A stretch of 64,000 nucleotides of DNA from Dehalococcoidia bacterium (GCA_034423015.1 DAOUJG010000015.1:12104-76103); one strand, 5' to 3'. Counted from the stretch's first letter, positions 25,123 to 34,707 are shown. Notes: generated from the letters alone by a model not told the origin. Numbers and translations are program-made.

Positions 25123-25678
25123 ATCCGAAGCCGAGAGAATCGCTAGGAGTGTGCGGACAGACCTAGGAATCAGTGCGTCTCAATCTGTCACTCCCGAGAT
25201 GCTCGCCGATTTGCTTGGCATTGAAGTCAGAGCAGGAGATGAACTGATACCACGCAAGAGATTTGTCGAACTAGAAAAAGTTCAGCCTGGGGCGTTCTCG
25301 GCATGTACGTTCCGGCCGTCTACTGATCGCGTCGTCGTCGTATACAATCCGCTCTCCGCCGAATCGCGCCGGCGGAGCGATCTGGCCCATGAACTTGCGC
25401 ATACTCTCCTCCAGCACGAGTTGAGCCGGATAGAGAAGCTTGGCGATGTCACCTTCCTCTCGTGTGATCCGACTCAGGAAGAAGAGGCTGCCTGGTTGTC
25501 TGGATGTCTCCTTCTACCCAGAGCATTGCTCTTGGCGGAGGTACACAGTGGATCAAGCGCGAAAGATATCGCACGAAGATGTGGGGTCAGCGAGGCCATG
25601 GCACGGTACAGACTAAATGTCACTGGAGTGCTCAGGCAAAAACAGGCGCTCGAGAAGAGGAGCCGTTTTCGAGAATAG
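25100..25678 (+). CDS. ImmA/IrrE-family zinc metallopeptidase (CapP-like)
   Basis: The HEXXH motif occurs in RRRSDLAHELAHTLLQHE, with a downstream EEEAAWLSGCLLLP segment typical of ImmA/IrrE (M78). It overlaps the HTH gene by 23 nt. Confidence 0.85.
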   Translation: MALRRGFKSEAERIARSVRTDLGISASQSVTPEMLADLLGIEVRAGDELIPRKRFVELEKVQPGAFSACTFRPSTDRVVVVYNPLSAESRRRSDLAHELAHTLLQHELSRIEKLGDVTFLSCDPTQEEEAAWLSGCLLLPRALLLAEVHSGSSAKDIARRCGVSEAMARYRLNVTGVLRQKQALEKRSRFRE

Positions 25679-25793
25679 GAGGCGTGGATGCCAAATCTTG
25701 GCGCGGCTGTTCCCTCCGATGAATCTGTCTCAATTCGACCACCGGCATCAACGCCCGCGAGTCGTCCCTCGGAAAAGGGGGATAAAGCACTGC

Positions 25794-27782
25794 CTAAAGA
25801 CCCCCGCGGCCCGTGAACAGATCATACTTGTCCCCCGCTTGCCGCACTACCTCGTCCACGTCCTCTTCCAGCAGGAACCCCTCGGCCGCCAACTCCTCGG
25901 CGGCGCGGCGCACCCTGTCCAGGTATCCGGCCTTGGAACCGTACCGCTCCTCGATGGACATCCGGGGGTCGCCTCTGTCCCGTCGCTCCGCCTCGGTGGA
26001 GGGGAAGGGTATGGTGGAGCCGAAGAGGCCCAGTATGTCCATGACCTGGTCGGAGCCGCCGATGTCGGGATGCCTCAGGTTCCAGCCGGCGTAGGTGGCC
26101 AGGGGCACAACAACGTCGGGAAGGCGGACGCCGGCGGTCTCGTTGGCGTCCTCGTCGACGGCCGAGACCAACCCCGGGTAGGCGGCCCCAACAAGCGCCG
26201 GCACCCTGGAGAGGACTCCCTTCTCCACTCCCGGACCGAAGTCCAGTCTGGACAGGTAGGGGAGATGGGCGGGAAACTCCACGCCTGGTATGGCGGTGAA
26301 GCGAGTACCCGTATCCTCCGGCCTGACCGCCGTCGCCGCGGCGATGGACGGATGACGGCTGGCCGGCGGCTCGACACCAGAGGCGACCCACCGGTCCAGG
26401 TTCACCAGGGCGGCGCGAAGCAAGGGCGTGTAGTCGACGCAGTTGAACCGCTGCTGGGCGCGGAACCCGTCCCCCGGGGTCAGGTCGGTAGGCGGGTAGA
26501 TGCCCGAGGCGTGCTGCGTCCCGGCGAAGTGGTAGACTCGCACCGTGTCCCTGGATGGAGTGTCCCGGCTCGCGTCCATATCGGTGTGTACAAGGGAGCC
26601 GTCGCCCCGCCAGTACTCGGACGAGGAGTTGGTCAGCATGACCTTGGGCATTCCACCCGAGGCCGCCAGACGTGAGAGCAGCCCGTCGGTGACGCCTGTG
26701 TCGGGGTCCGTCTGGTCCCCGTCGGTGAAGGGAAACAGGCAGCCGGCGCTGCGCTTCTCGGTGTTGGACGGCTGGCCAAACCTCTGGTTGAACTCGCCGC
26801 GCCTGCCCCCTGCGATGTGGGGGATGACGCCGTCGAACACCGTCCTCCCGGCCTCATCCCGGTTGAGTCCCAGGTATAGGAAGAGGCGTAGGAAGCGGCC
26901 GCTCTGGGAGGCCCCGAAGCCGTAGGCGTAGTCCAGCGTCCCGGCACAGGGGTTCCCCTCCCCGGCGTCGCCGTGCTTCAGGAACGACACGAAATCACGA
27001 ACGGCCACCAGCCCCAGACCCACCACGGGGGCGCCTACGGTGGTGTATACGAACTGGTAGGTCTTCCCGGGCTTGAAGCCCTCGGGGAAGTGGACGTGGG
27101 AGGCGTCGGGTACGACCGCGCCGGACTCCACGCGGGCGAAGGACCACCGGTCCCGGGGCACCGTGCGGGGCTCGGCGTCCTCGTAGTCCCGCTCCAGCAG
27201 GAGGGCGTCGGGCTCGTCCACGTCCATCGCCGGGTAGGGCCTGTGTCCCGCGTGGGCCAGCGGTTGAACGGTGGCGGGCACGTTGGGCAGGTAGCTGACC
27301 ATTATTCTGCCGGATATGGGGGCGCCCTCCCGGGTGACGGCGTCGGGCGCCCCCAGGCGCAGCAGGCCGGGAGTATCGGGGACGTCGTACTGCCAGCCGC
27401 ACCAGGCGACGGTGTAGCCGCGGCGCATGAGGAACCCGTTGCCCGGGTCCAGGTGGGCCGCGGGGTCTTCGTCCTCCCCCGCGGCGTTGAAGTACTTGAG
27501 GGCCCTGCGTTTGCCCCGGTTCAGAACGTCCAGGAGCACCCGGCCATTGCCCCGTGCCGGGTCGGCCGGGGCCAGGATGCTCACGTCGGCGGAGCAGGCA
27601 ACCATCCCATGGCGGTCCCGGGGCGCCAGGTCTAGGTCTGCGATGCCGGCGTTGGCCGGATGGGCCGGGTCGACGGCGAGCTCCAGCGTTCCATCCAGGC
27701 GTTCGTACGGCCCCACGTCGCCGAACGCCCGGCCTCCCGCGAAGGATGTCCGTGACGTGATCCGTAGCTGAGAGAGGGACAT
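25794..27782 (-). CDS. Large conserved hypothetical protein, alpha/beta-hydrolase-like (Abhydrolase_10-type as far as I recall)
   Basis: 662 aa. The N-terminus FGDVGPYERLDGTLELAVDPAHPANAGIADLDLAPRD..G.V..SADV.IL.P.DP..GNGRVLLDVLNRGKR resembles a widespread ~650-aa family annotated as alpha/beta hydrolase domain-containing. GAAAGGA RBS. Confidence 0.55.
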   Translation of the reverse strand: MSLSQLRITSRTSFAGGRAFGDVGPYERLDGTLELAVDPAHPANAGIADLDLAPRDRHGMVACSADVSILAPADPARGNGRVLLDVLNRGKRRALKYFNAAGEDEDPAAHLDPGNGFLMRRGYTVAWCGWQYDVPDTPGLLRLGAPDAVTREGAPISGRIMVSYLPNVPATVQPLAHAGHRPYPAMDVDEPDALLLERDYEDAEPRTVPRDRWSFARVESGAVVPDASHVHFPEGFKPGKTYQFVYTTVGAPVVGLGLVAVRDFVSFLKHGDAGEGNPCAGTLDYAYGFGASQSGRFLRLFLYLGLNRDEAGRTVFDGVIPHIAGGRRGEFNQRFGQPSNTEKRSAGCLFPFTDGDQTDPDTGVTDGLLSRLAASGGMPKVMLTNSSSEYWRGDGSLVHTDMDASRDTPSRDTVRVYHFAGTQHASGIYPPTDLTPGDGFRAQQRFNCVDYTPLLRAALVNLDRWVASGVEPPASRHPSIAAATAVRPEDTGTRFTAIPGVEFPAHLPYLSRLDFGPGVEKGVLSRVPALVGAAYPGLVSAVDEDANETAGVRLPDVVVPLATYAGWNLRHPDIGGSDQVMDILGLFGSTIPFPSTEAERRDRGDPRMSIEERYGSKAGYLDRVRRAAEELAAEGFLLEEDVDEVVRQAGDKYDLFTGRGGL

Positions 27783-28022
27783 AGCAGTCCTTTCGGCATG
27801 TCGCTGTCCGCATTCGTCGCGGGGACGTGCGCGTCAATTGTAACACGGCAGGGATGCACGACCGCCATCTCTCTCACGCGCCGGTGGGGGCCGGCAGTCG
27901 TCTTGACACTCCGGGGCAGCGTGATATAGTAGTCTCGCTCCTGGAGACCTCTGGGGCCGTCTGCGCCCTCGATATCGTCCAGATGCGGCGCCCTCGAATC
28001 GTAGTCGGAGAGGAGACACCAG

Positions 28023-28631
28023 ATGCCGGACGCCCTGAAGCTGGACCCCAAGAAGACCGCATTCATCGTCATAGACATGATCAACTCGACGGCCAAGGGC
28101 CAGGGGCCTCCCTACACGCTGCCGCCCGGCCGCGTGGACCTGGTCAAGAACTTCCAGAAGCTGATAGCCCAGTGCCGCGCCGGGGGGTCCCCCATCATCT
28201 ATATCACCACCTACCGGAGACCCGACGGCACCGACGCCCCCAGGACCATCGCCGACGCGGCGCCCCCGGGAGGCGGCGGCGGACAACCCTTGGGGCCCAA
28301 CGATCCGGGCCCGCAGGTGATCGACGAGCTCAAGCCCGAGCCGGAAGACTACATCGTGGCCAAGCCGCGCTTCAGCTCCTTCTACGGGACCAACGTGGGA
28401 GGGATACTGAACGACCGGGGCATCGACACCATCCTGGTGGGCGGGATATCCACGCCCCGGAGCGTGGAGGGCACCGCCAGGGAGGCCAAGAACCTGGACA
28501 TGCAGTGCGTCGTCGTGAGCGACTGCTGCGACGGTCCCGAGAAGGACGTCCACGAGTACATCCTGGAGAGGGTGCTCCCACTGCTGGTCCGGGTGCGCAC
28601 CACCGACGAGGTGATCGCCGCCCTCAGCTAG
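28023..28631 (+). CDS. Isochorismatase-family cysteine hydrolase
   Basis: KKTAFIVIDMIN (Asp), the ...AKPRFSSFYGT... region, and ILVGGISTPRSVEGTAREAKNLDMQCVVVSDCC (the catalytic Cys region) fit the family. Confidence 0.85.
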   Translation: MPDALKLDPKKTAFIVIDMINSTAKGQGPPYTLPPGRVDLVKNFQKLIAQCRAGGSPIIYITTYRRPDGTDAPRTIADAAPPGGGGGQPLGPNDPGPQVIDELKPEPEDYIVAKPRFSSFYGTNVGGILNDRGIDTILVGGISTPRSVEGTAREAKNLDMQCVVVSDCCDGPEKDVHEYILERVLPLLVRVRTTDEVIAALS

Positions 28632-28703
28632 ACAGCCGGCCCGCTCCAGTCGGGCACATCGACGGGCCCTGCCAGAAGCAGCACCGGTTGTAAGGAGGCG
28701 GAA

Positions 28704-29714
28704 GTGAGCACCGATTCCAAGCCCATAGTCTACCTGCTGGGGACCGGGGGCACCATCGCCACCCAGGGAGCCGACAGGATGGACGGCACGGAGTACGGGA
28801 CCGCGGGCATCCGGGCCCCCATCCAGGAGATGCTGGACAGGGTCCCTGAGACCGCAGACTTCGCCCAGGTCAAGGCCGAGCAGTTCATCAACGTGCCCAG
28901 CACCGGGATCGAGCTGGACCACTGGCTGGCCCTGGCCAAGCGCATCAACCAGATCTTCAGCGAGGAGCCAGAGGTGGTCGGCGTCGCGGTGACCCACGGC
29001 ACCGCCACCCTGGAGGAGACGGCCTACTTCCTGAACCTGACCGTGAAGAGCAGGAAGCCCGTCGTGGTGACGGGGGCCATGCGGCCTCCCACCGCCATGG
29101 GCACCGACGCGGACGTAAACCTGCTCAACGCCATCCAGACGGCAGCATCCCCCGAGTCCGTCGGACGGGGAGTCGTGACGGTCCTCAACAACGAGATCCA
29201 GGCCGCCCGCCACGTGACCAAGACCAACACCTACCGCGTGGAGACCTTCAAGTCGGGGGAGTTCGGGTTCCTGGGCTACGCCGACTCGGACCACCGGGTC
29301 GTCTACTACCAGTCCCCCAGCCGGAGACACACCCACGAGAGCGAGTTCAGCGTCGACGGCCTCGCCGAGCTCCCCAGGGTGGAGATCGCCTACTCCACCG
29401 CCGGGGGCGACGGCCTTCCCGTCAGGCTGTTTGCCGAGGCCGGGGTCTCGGGCATAATCTCGGCGGCGCTGGCCCCGGGCGCCTCCCACCCTGACCAGAT
29501 GGACGCCCTGGAGACGGTGGCCAAGGCGGGAATACCGGTGGTCATCGCCACCCACGTGGGGAGCGGCAGGGTGATACTGACCAAGGGCAACAGGGAGAGG
29601 GGCTACATAGCCGGCGACAACCTCAGCCCCAAGAAGGCCCGTATCCTGCTGATGCTGGCCCTGACCGTCACCCGGGACCGGGACCAGATCCAGCGGATGT
29701 TCGACACCTACTGA
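28704..29714 (+). CDS. L-asparaginase (type II-like sequence, no signal peptide)
   Basis: LLGTGGTIATQGA (Thr nucleophile motif) and VAVTHGTATLEETAYFLNL. GTG start with an AAGGAGG RBS. Confidence 0.9.
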   Translation: MSTDSKPIVYLLGTGGTIATQGADRMDGTEYGTAGIRAPIQEMLDRVPETADFAQVKAEQFINVPSTGIELDHWLALAKRINQIFSEEPEVVGVAVTHGTATLEETAYFLNLTVKSRKPVVVTGAMRPPTAMGTDADVNLLNAIQTAASPESVGRGVVTVLNNEIQAARHVTKTNTYRVETFKSGEFGFLGYADSDHRVVYYQSPSRRHTHESEFSVDGLAELPRVEIAYSTAGGDGLPVRLFAEAGVSGIISAALAPGASHPDQMDALETVAKAGIPVVIATHVGSGRVILTKGNRERGYIAGDNLSPKKARILLMLALTVTRDRDQIQRMFDTY

Positions 29715-29868
29715 GGCAGGCTCCAAGCCGGTCTCTAAGGGCGGGACTCCCGGAGAGCACCACGCCCTCTCGCATGCAGGTCTCGAAGGGTCGCCCCCAT
29801 TCCCGTGCCGCCCCTCGCTTCAGGCGTGAAGGGGCAGCCCCATCGCGGGTACCGGAAAGGAGCGTTGC

Positions 29869-31278
29869 ATGAACAGGAACGACATACCCTTTCTAACGGT
29901 GGCGGAGCTGGGGCGTCTCATCCGGGGGAGGGACGTGTCGCCCGTGGAGGCGACGGAGGCGTACCTGGACCGCATAGACGACCTGGACTTCAAGTTCAAC
30001 GCCTATCTTCAGGTGTGCCGCCGGGAGGCCCTCGAGGCTGCCAGGGAGGCGGAGCGGGAGATCGCGGCGGGCCAGTACCGGGGGCCCATGCACGGCATCC
30101 CCGTGGGGATCAAAGACCAGATCTGGACCCGGGGCATTCGCACCACGGGCGGGTCCCGGCTGCACCGGGACTTCGTCCCCGAGGAGGACGCCACGGTGGT
30201 GGCGAACCTGAAGGGGGCGGGGGCCGTCATCCTTGGGAAGACCAACATGACCGAGCTGGCGGTCAGTCCCTATACCCACCGATACAGCTTGCCCCACAAC
30301 CCGTGGGACCTGGACACGCTGGCGGGGGGCTCTAGCAGCGGGTCGGGGGCGGGCACCTGCGCCTACCTCTGCGCCACGTCCCTGGGCGAGGACACCGGAG
30401 GCTCGATAAGGCGTCCCGCGTCCTGGTGCGGCATCGTGGGCCTGAGGCCGTCGTGGGGCCGGGTGAGCAGGCACGGCGTCATGAGGGGCGTGTGGTCCAT
30501 GGACCAGGTGGGACCCATGTCCCGCACGGTGGAGGACTGCGCCATCACCCTGGGAGCCATAGCAGGATACGACCCCAGGGACCCGTACACGTGGGACGCT
30601 CCGGTGCCCGACTACACTGCCGCCCTGGACGGCGACGTCAGGCACCTGAAGGTAGGAGTGGTATCGGAGATAATGACCAGCCATTGGCTGGAGCCCGAGG
30701 TGCGGGACGTCGTGGTCAAGGCCACCGCGGTGCTGGGGGAGCTGGGCGCAGCGGTCGAGGAGGTCTCCATACCCCTGGTCGCCCACGCCAACACCATAGC
30801 CGGCACCGCCCTTTCCGCCGAGACCGCCCTGGACCAGGGGAGCATGATACGAAGCCGCCTGGGCGAGTACGGCCACGACAACACCATCATGCTCCTCACG
30901 GCCAGCCTCATACCCGCCCAGGCGTACTACAAGGCCCAGAAGCTCAGGGAGCTGCTGCGACAGCAGGTCCACGACACCCTGGAACGGTACGACGTGCTGG
31001 TGTTCCCCACCTCGGGCCGGACCGCCCCGGAGCGCCTGGAAGACGACCGGACCATCGACAGCAAGGAAGCGGCGGCCCGCATCCCCTTCATGTTCAACAA
31101 CACGGCCAACCTGGCCAGCGTGCCGGGCATATCCGTGCCCTGCGGCCTCTCTCCGGCCAACATGCCCGTGGGGCTGCAGGTCGTGGGAAAGCCCTTCGCC
31201 GAGGAGACGGTGTTCAAGGTGGCCCACGCCTACGAGCAGGCCACGGACTGGCACACCATGCGTCCCCCGAACGCGTGA
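29869..31278 (+). CDS. Amidase-signature enzyme (GatA-like amidase)
   Basis: GIPVGIKDQI (the Lys), GGSSSGSGAG and GEDTGGSIRRPASWCGIVGLRPS form the Ser-cisSer-Lys amidase signature. Confidence 0.9.
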   Translation: MNRNDIPFLTVAELGRLIRGRDVSPVEATEAYLDRIDDLDFKFNAYLQVCRREALEAAREAEREIAAGQYRGPMHGIPVGIKDQIWTRGIRTTGGSRLHRDFVPEEDATVVANLKGAGAVILGKTNMTELAVSPYTHRYSLPHNPWDLDTLAGGSSSGSGAGTCAYLCATSLGEDTGGSIRRPASWCGIVGLRPSWGRVSRHGVMRGVWSMDQVGPMSRTVEDCAITLGAIAGYDPRDPYTWDAPVPDYTAALDGDVRHLKVGVVSEIMTSHWLEPEVRDVVVKATAVLGELGAAVEEVSIPLVAHANTIAGTALSAETALDQGSMIRSRLGEYGHDNTIMLLTASLIPAQAYYKAQKLRELLRQQVHDTLERYDVLVFPTSGRTAPERLEDDRTIDSKEAAARIPFMFNNTANLASVPGISVPCGLSPANMPVGLQVVGKPFAEETVFKVAHAYEQATDWHTMRPPNA

Positions 31279-31399
31279 GGCCCGGAGGGAGCTGGTCTTT
31301 GGGCCGGCGTACAGGGCAGGGCGGCGTACACGCGGGTAGGGGCGGAAGACACCAGGGCCTCTGAAGTCTACGGGGCTGCCGGGAAGGCCGGAATCAGCC

Positions 31400-32449
31400 C
31401 TAGGGGGCGCCGCTGGAAGGGGCGTGGGGAGCCGCATCGGGCACCTGGCCGGGGCCGTTGGTGGAGACGGCCTCTCCCTCACTGTACAGGTGGCACGAGA
31501 CCCTGTGGCCCCCGCCCACGTCCCTCATCACCGGCTCTTCTACGGAGCACCTGTCCATCACCCAGGGGCACCGGGGATGGAACCGGCAGCCAGTGGGTGG
31601 GTTGATGGGTGACGGCACCTCTCCCGTAAGCACGATCTCTTCCCGCTGAACGTCGGGATGGGAGGGCAGGGCCGCGGAGAACAGCGCCTTGGTGTAGGGA
31701 TGAAGGGGCTCCTCGTAGAGGGCCTCGGTGGGCCCCTGCTCTACGATCTGCCCCAGGTACATGACGGCCGTCTGATGGGCCATGTAGCGCACGGTGGCCA
31801 GGTTGTGGGCCACCAGCAGGAAGGCTACTTCGGTCTGCTCCTGCAGGTCCACCAGCAGGTTCATCACCTGGGCCCTGATGGACACGTCCAGCGCCGAGAC
31901 GGGCTCATCCAGGATGATGAGCTTGGGGTAGGAGGCCAAAGCGCTGGCGACGGCGATCCGCTGCCTCTGGCCACCGCTGAACTCGTGGGGGTAGAGGTTG
32001 CCTTGCTCCTTCCGCAGCCCGACCTGGGCGAGGACCTCCGCCACCCGCTCGTCCCGTTCGGTCCTGGACACGTTCCTGTTCACCACCAGGGCCTCGGCAA
32101 CGATGTCCTTGACCTTCATACGGGGGCTAAGGGAGGACCACGGGTCCTGGAACACGGCCTGGACCTGGGTGCGGTAATCCTTGAGGGACTGGCCCTGGAA
32201 TTTCAGCACGTCCTCGCCGTTGAGGAGTATCTGGCCGCTGGTGGGCCGCTCCAGGCGAAGGAGCAGCTTGGCGGTGGTGGTCTTGCCGCACCCCGACTCG
32301 CCCACGAGGCCCAGGGTCTCGCCCTGGTCGATGGAGAAGCTGACGCCGTCGACCGCCTGCACGTGGCCGATGGTCTTCATCATGACCAGCCCCGTGGTGA
32401 CGGGGAAGTACTTCGTCAGGTCTTCGACGCGAAGGAGTTCCTGTGTCAC
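31400..32449 (-). CDS. Oligopeptide ABC transporter ATP-binding protein (OppF-like), locus 2
   Basis: GESGCGKTT, FSGGQRQR, LIILDEPVSALD, CRFHPRCP. Confidence 0.9.
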   Translation of the reverse strand: MTQELLRVEDLTKYFPVTTGLVMMKTIGHVQAVDGVSFSIDQGETLGLVGESGCGKTTTAKLLLRLERPTSGQILLNGEDVLKFQGQSLKDYRTQVQAVFQDPWSSLSPRMKVKDIVAEALVVNRNVSRTERDERVAEVLAQVGLRKEQGNLYPHEFSGGQRQRIAVASALASYPKLIILDEPVSALDVSIRAQVMNLLVDLQEQTEVAFLLVAHNLATVRYMAHQTAVMYLGQIVEQGPTEALYEEPLHPYTKALFSAALPSHPDVQREEIVLTGEVPSPINPPTGCRFHPRCPWVMDRCSVEEPVMRDVGGGHRVSCHLYSEGEAVSTNGPGQVPDAAPHAPSSGAP

Positions 32450-33474
32450 GCAGGCTCCCCGATCGACCTCTCCTGGACTTCGGACCCTCCGCCGTTGGTA
32501 TCGGCCAGCCAGCAGCTGGCCCTGTGGCCCGCGGACACGGGGAAACTGTCAGGATAGCCGGAGAGGCACCGGTCGTACGCGTGCATGCACCGGGGAGCGA
32601 ACCGGCAACCCACGGGCAGGTCGAACAGCGCCGGGGGCTGGCCCTCGATTGCGAAGAGGCGGTCCGTCTGCTCCATCTGGGGCACGGCGGCCATCAAGGC
32701 CTGGGTGTAGGGGTGGGTGGGGTTGTTGAACAGGTCCCTCACGTCCGCGTCCTCGACGATGCGGCCCGCGTACATGACGGCCACCCTGTCGCACATGCGG
32801 GCCACTATCCCGAAGTCGTGGGTGATGAAGATGATGCCCAGCCCGGTCTCCGCCTGTATCTCCTTGAGCAGGCGGAGGTACTGGAGCTGGATGGTCACGT
32901 CCAAGGCCGTGGTGGGCTCGTCGGCGATGATGACCTTGGGCTCGCAGGACATGGCGATGGCGCCGATGATGCGCTGCTTCATGCCCCCGCTCATCTGGTG
33001 GGGAAAGTCGTCCAGGCGGCGCTCGGGGGCGGCCACCCGGACGCTCCGCAGCGCCTCCATGGCATGCTGGACCATGGACTTGTGGGAGCCATGCCTGTGG
33101 GTGCGCAGGGCCTCCACAAGCTGGTTGCCGATGGTAAAGACCGGGTTCAACGAGGTCTGGGGATCCTGGAGGATCATGGATATCTTCCGTCCCCGGATGT
33201 CCCTCATCTCCCGGTCGGTCTTCTCCACCAGGTCCTCGCCGTCGAGGATGATCTGTCCCTCCACGATGCGCGCGGCGGGCCTGGGGATCAGCCGGAGCAG
33301 GGAGAGGGCAGTCATCGTCTTGCCGCAGCCCGACTCTCCCACGATTCCCAGGGTCTCGCCCTGGCGGAGGGAGAAGCTGACGCCGTCGACGGCCTTGACC
33401 GTGCCCCACCGGTTGAAGAAGTAGGTATGCAGGTCCTTGACGTCCAGGATGACTTCACCCTGCTGTGTCGACAC
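32446..33474 (-). CDS. Oligopeptide ABC transporter ATP-binding protein (OppD-like), locus 2
   Basis: GESGCGKT, MSGGMKQR, IIADEPTTALD, CRFAPRC. The start is placed at GTG 33474 (VSTQQGEVILDVKDL), just after the permease stop at 33480-33482. The longer ORF-track N-terminus would overlap the permease gene. Confidence 0.85.
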   Translation of the reverse strand: MSTQQGEVILDVKDLHTYFFNRWGTVKAVDGVSFSLRQGETLGIVGESGCGKTMTALSLLRLIPRPAARIVEGQIILDGEDLVEKTDREMRDIRGRKISMILQDPQTSLNPVFTIGNQLVEALRTHRHGSHKSMVQHAMEALRSVRVAAPERRLDDFPHQMSGGMKQRIIGAIAMSCEPKVIIADEPTTALDVTIQLQYLRLLKEIQAETGLGIIFITHDFGIVARMCDRVAVMYAGRIVEDADVRDLFNNPTHPYTQALMAAVPQMEQTDRLFAIEGQPPALFDLPVGCRFAPRCMHAYDRCLSGYPDSFPVSAGHRASCWLADTNGGGSEVQERSIGEPA

Positions 33475-33479
33475 GGGAG

Positions 33480-34538
33480 CTACACCTGCCTTTGTTTGGG
33501 GTCGAGCCGGTCCCGCATCCAGTCGCCCAACAGGTTCATGGCCATACAAACCAGCAGGATGGCGATGCCAGGGAACAGGGCCACCCACCACTCCGTGAAC
33601 ACCAGCTCCCGGCCGTCAGACACCATGAGCCCCCAGGCGGGAGTGGGCCGGGGGATTCCCGCGCCCAGGAACGTAAGGGTGGCCTCGAGCAGGATGACGA
33701 AGGCGACCCATAGGGTACTCAACACTATCAGGCTATTGATGAGATTAGGGAAGATGTGAACGAGCATAATGCGGAAGTGAGAAGCCCCTGCGACCCTGGC
33801 CCGGGCGATGAAGTCCTGGGTCACAATGGCCAGGGTCTCTCCCCTCACCATGCGGGCGAACCGGGCCCACATCAGCAACACCAGCACTGTGATCACGACA
33901 CTGAAGCTGGGCCCCACCGTTGCCACAAGCAGTAGCGCCACCAGTACGATGGGCAGCGACATGGAGATGTCGGACAAGCGCATCAGCAATGAGTCGGCCC
34001 ACCCGCCGAAATACCCCGAGGCTATGCCGACTATGGTCCCAACGGCCGCGCCGATTCCGATCGAGATGAGCGCCACCATTATGGATACCCGAGACCCGTA
34101 GATGACCCGGCTGAAGATGTCCCGTCCGGCTTTATCGGTACCCAGGATGTACTCCGTCGAGCCACCTGCCTTGTTGACTATCTCAATGGTGTCGCCGACA
34201 TTCACCTCGTCTCCGCCCCCAACGACTGTTGCATCGCCAATCCTCACGAACCTCTGGGCATCGGCGAGAGACATCTCGCGCGGATCGGCGGTGATGCCCT
34301 CGGAGACCCGGAAGGCATCGGTACTGGCATCCATCCAGAAGGGAGGCAGCAGACGGTCCTGAATGTCGCCGTCTTTGGGATCATGGGGGGCCACCAGGGG
34401 AGCGAAGATGGCCGGTATCACCAATACGATGAGCAACGTGCCGATTGCGAACAGTGGAAGCCGCCTGGCCTCCCTAACATAGCGCATCAACCGGGCTCTG
34501 GAATACCACGACTCTCCGGCGGTTATCGCTATCGCCAT
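33480..34538 (-). CDS. ABC transporter permease (DppC/OppC-like), locus 2
   Basis: ILGTDKAGRDIFSRVIYGSR, QDFIARARVAGASHFRIMLVHIFPN. An extracytoplasmic insert of ~70 aa follows TM1. Confidence 0.85.
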   Translation of the reverse strand: MAIAITAGESWYSRARLMRYVREARRLPLFAIGTLLIVLVIPAIFAPLVAPHDPKDGDIQDRLLPPFWMDASTDAFRVSEGITADPREMSLADAQRFVRIGDATVVGGGDEVNVGDTIEIVNKAGGSTEYILGTDKAGRDIFSRVIYGSRVSIMVALISIGIGAAVGTIVGIASGYFGGWADSLLMRLSDISMSLPIVLVALLLVATVGPSFSVVITVLVLLMWARFARMVRGETLAIVTQDFIARARVAGASHFRIMLVHIFPNLINSLIVLSTLWVAFVILLEATLTFLGAGIPRPTPAWGLMVSDGRELVFTEWWVALFPGIAILLVCMAMNLLGDWMRDRLDPKQRQV

Positions 34539-34707
34539 TTCACCGGTCCCCTAGCCGCCAAGCTCTTGCAATGGTCCTTCCGCCCAGCGGTCGCCACGGC
34601 GACTACTTTACACATCGCCAGATTGGGTGTCAAGGTAACCGAACAGGACTGAGAACACGGTCCAACGGACTCTATCACGACAACCTCGGCACGGCTTCCG
34701 CCATCCC

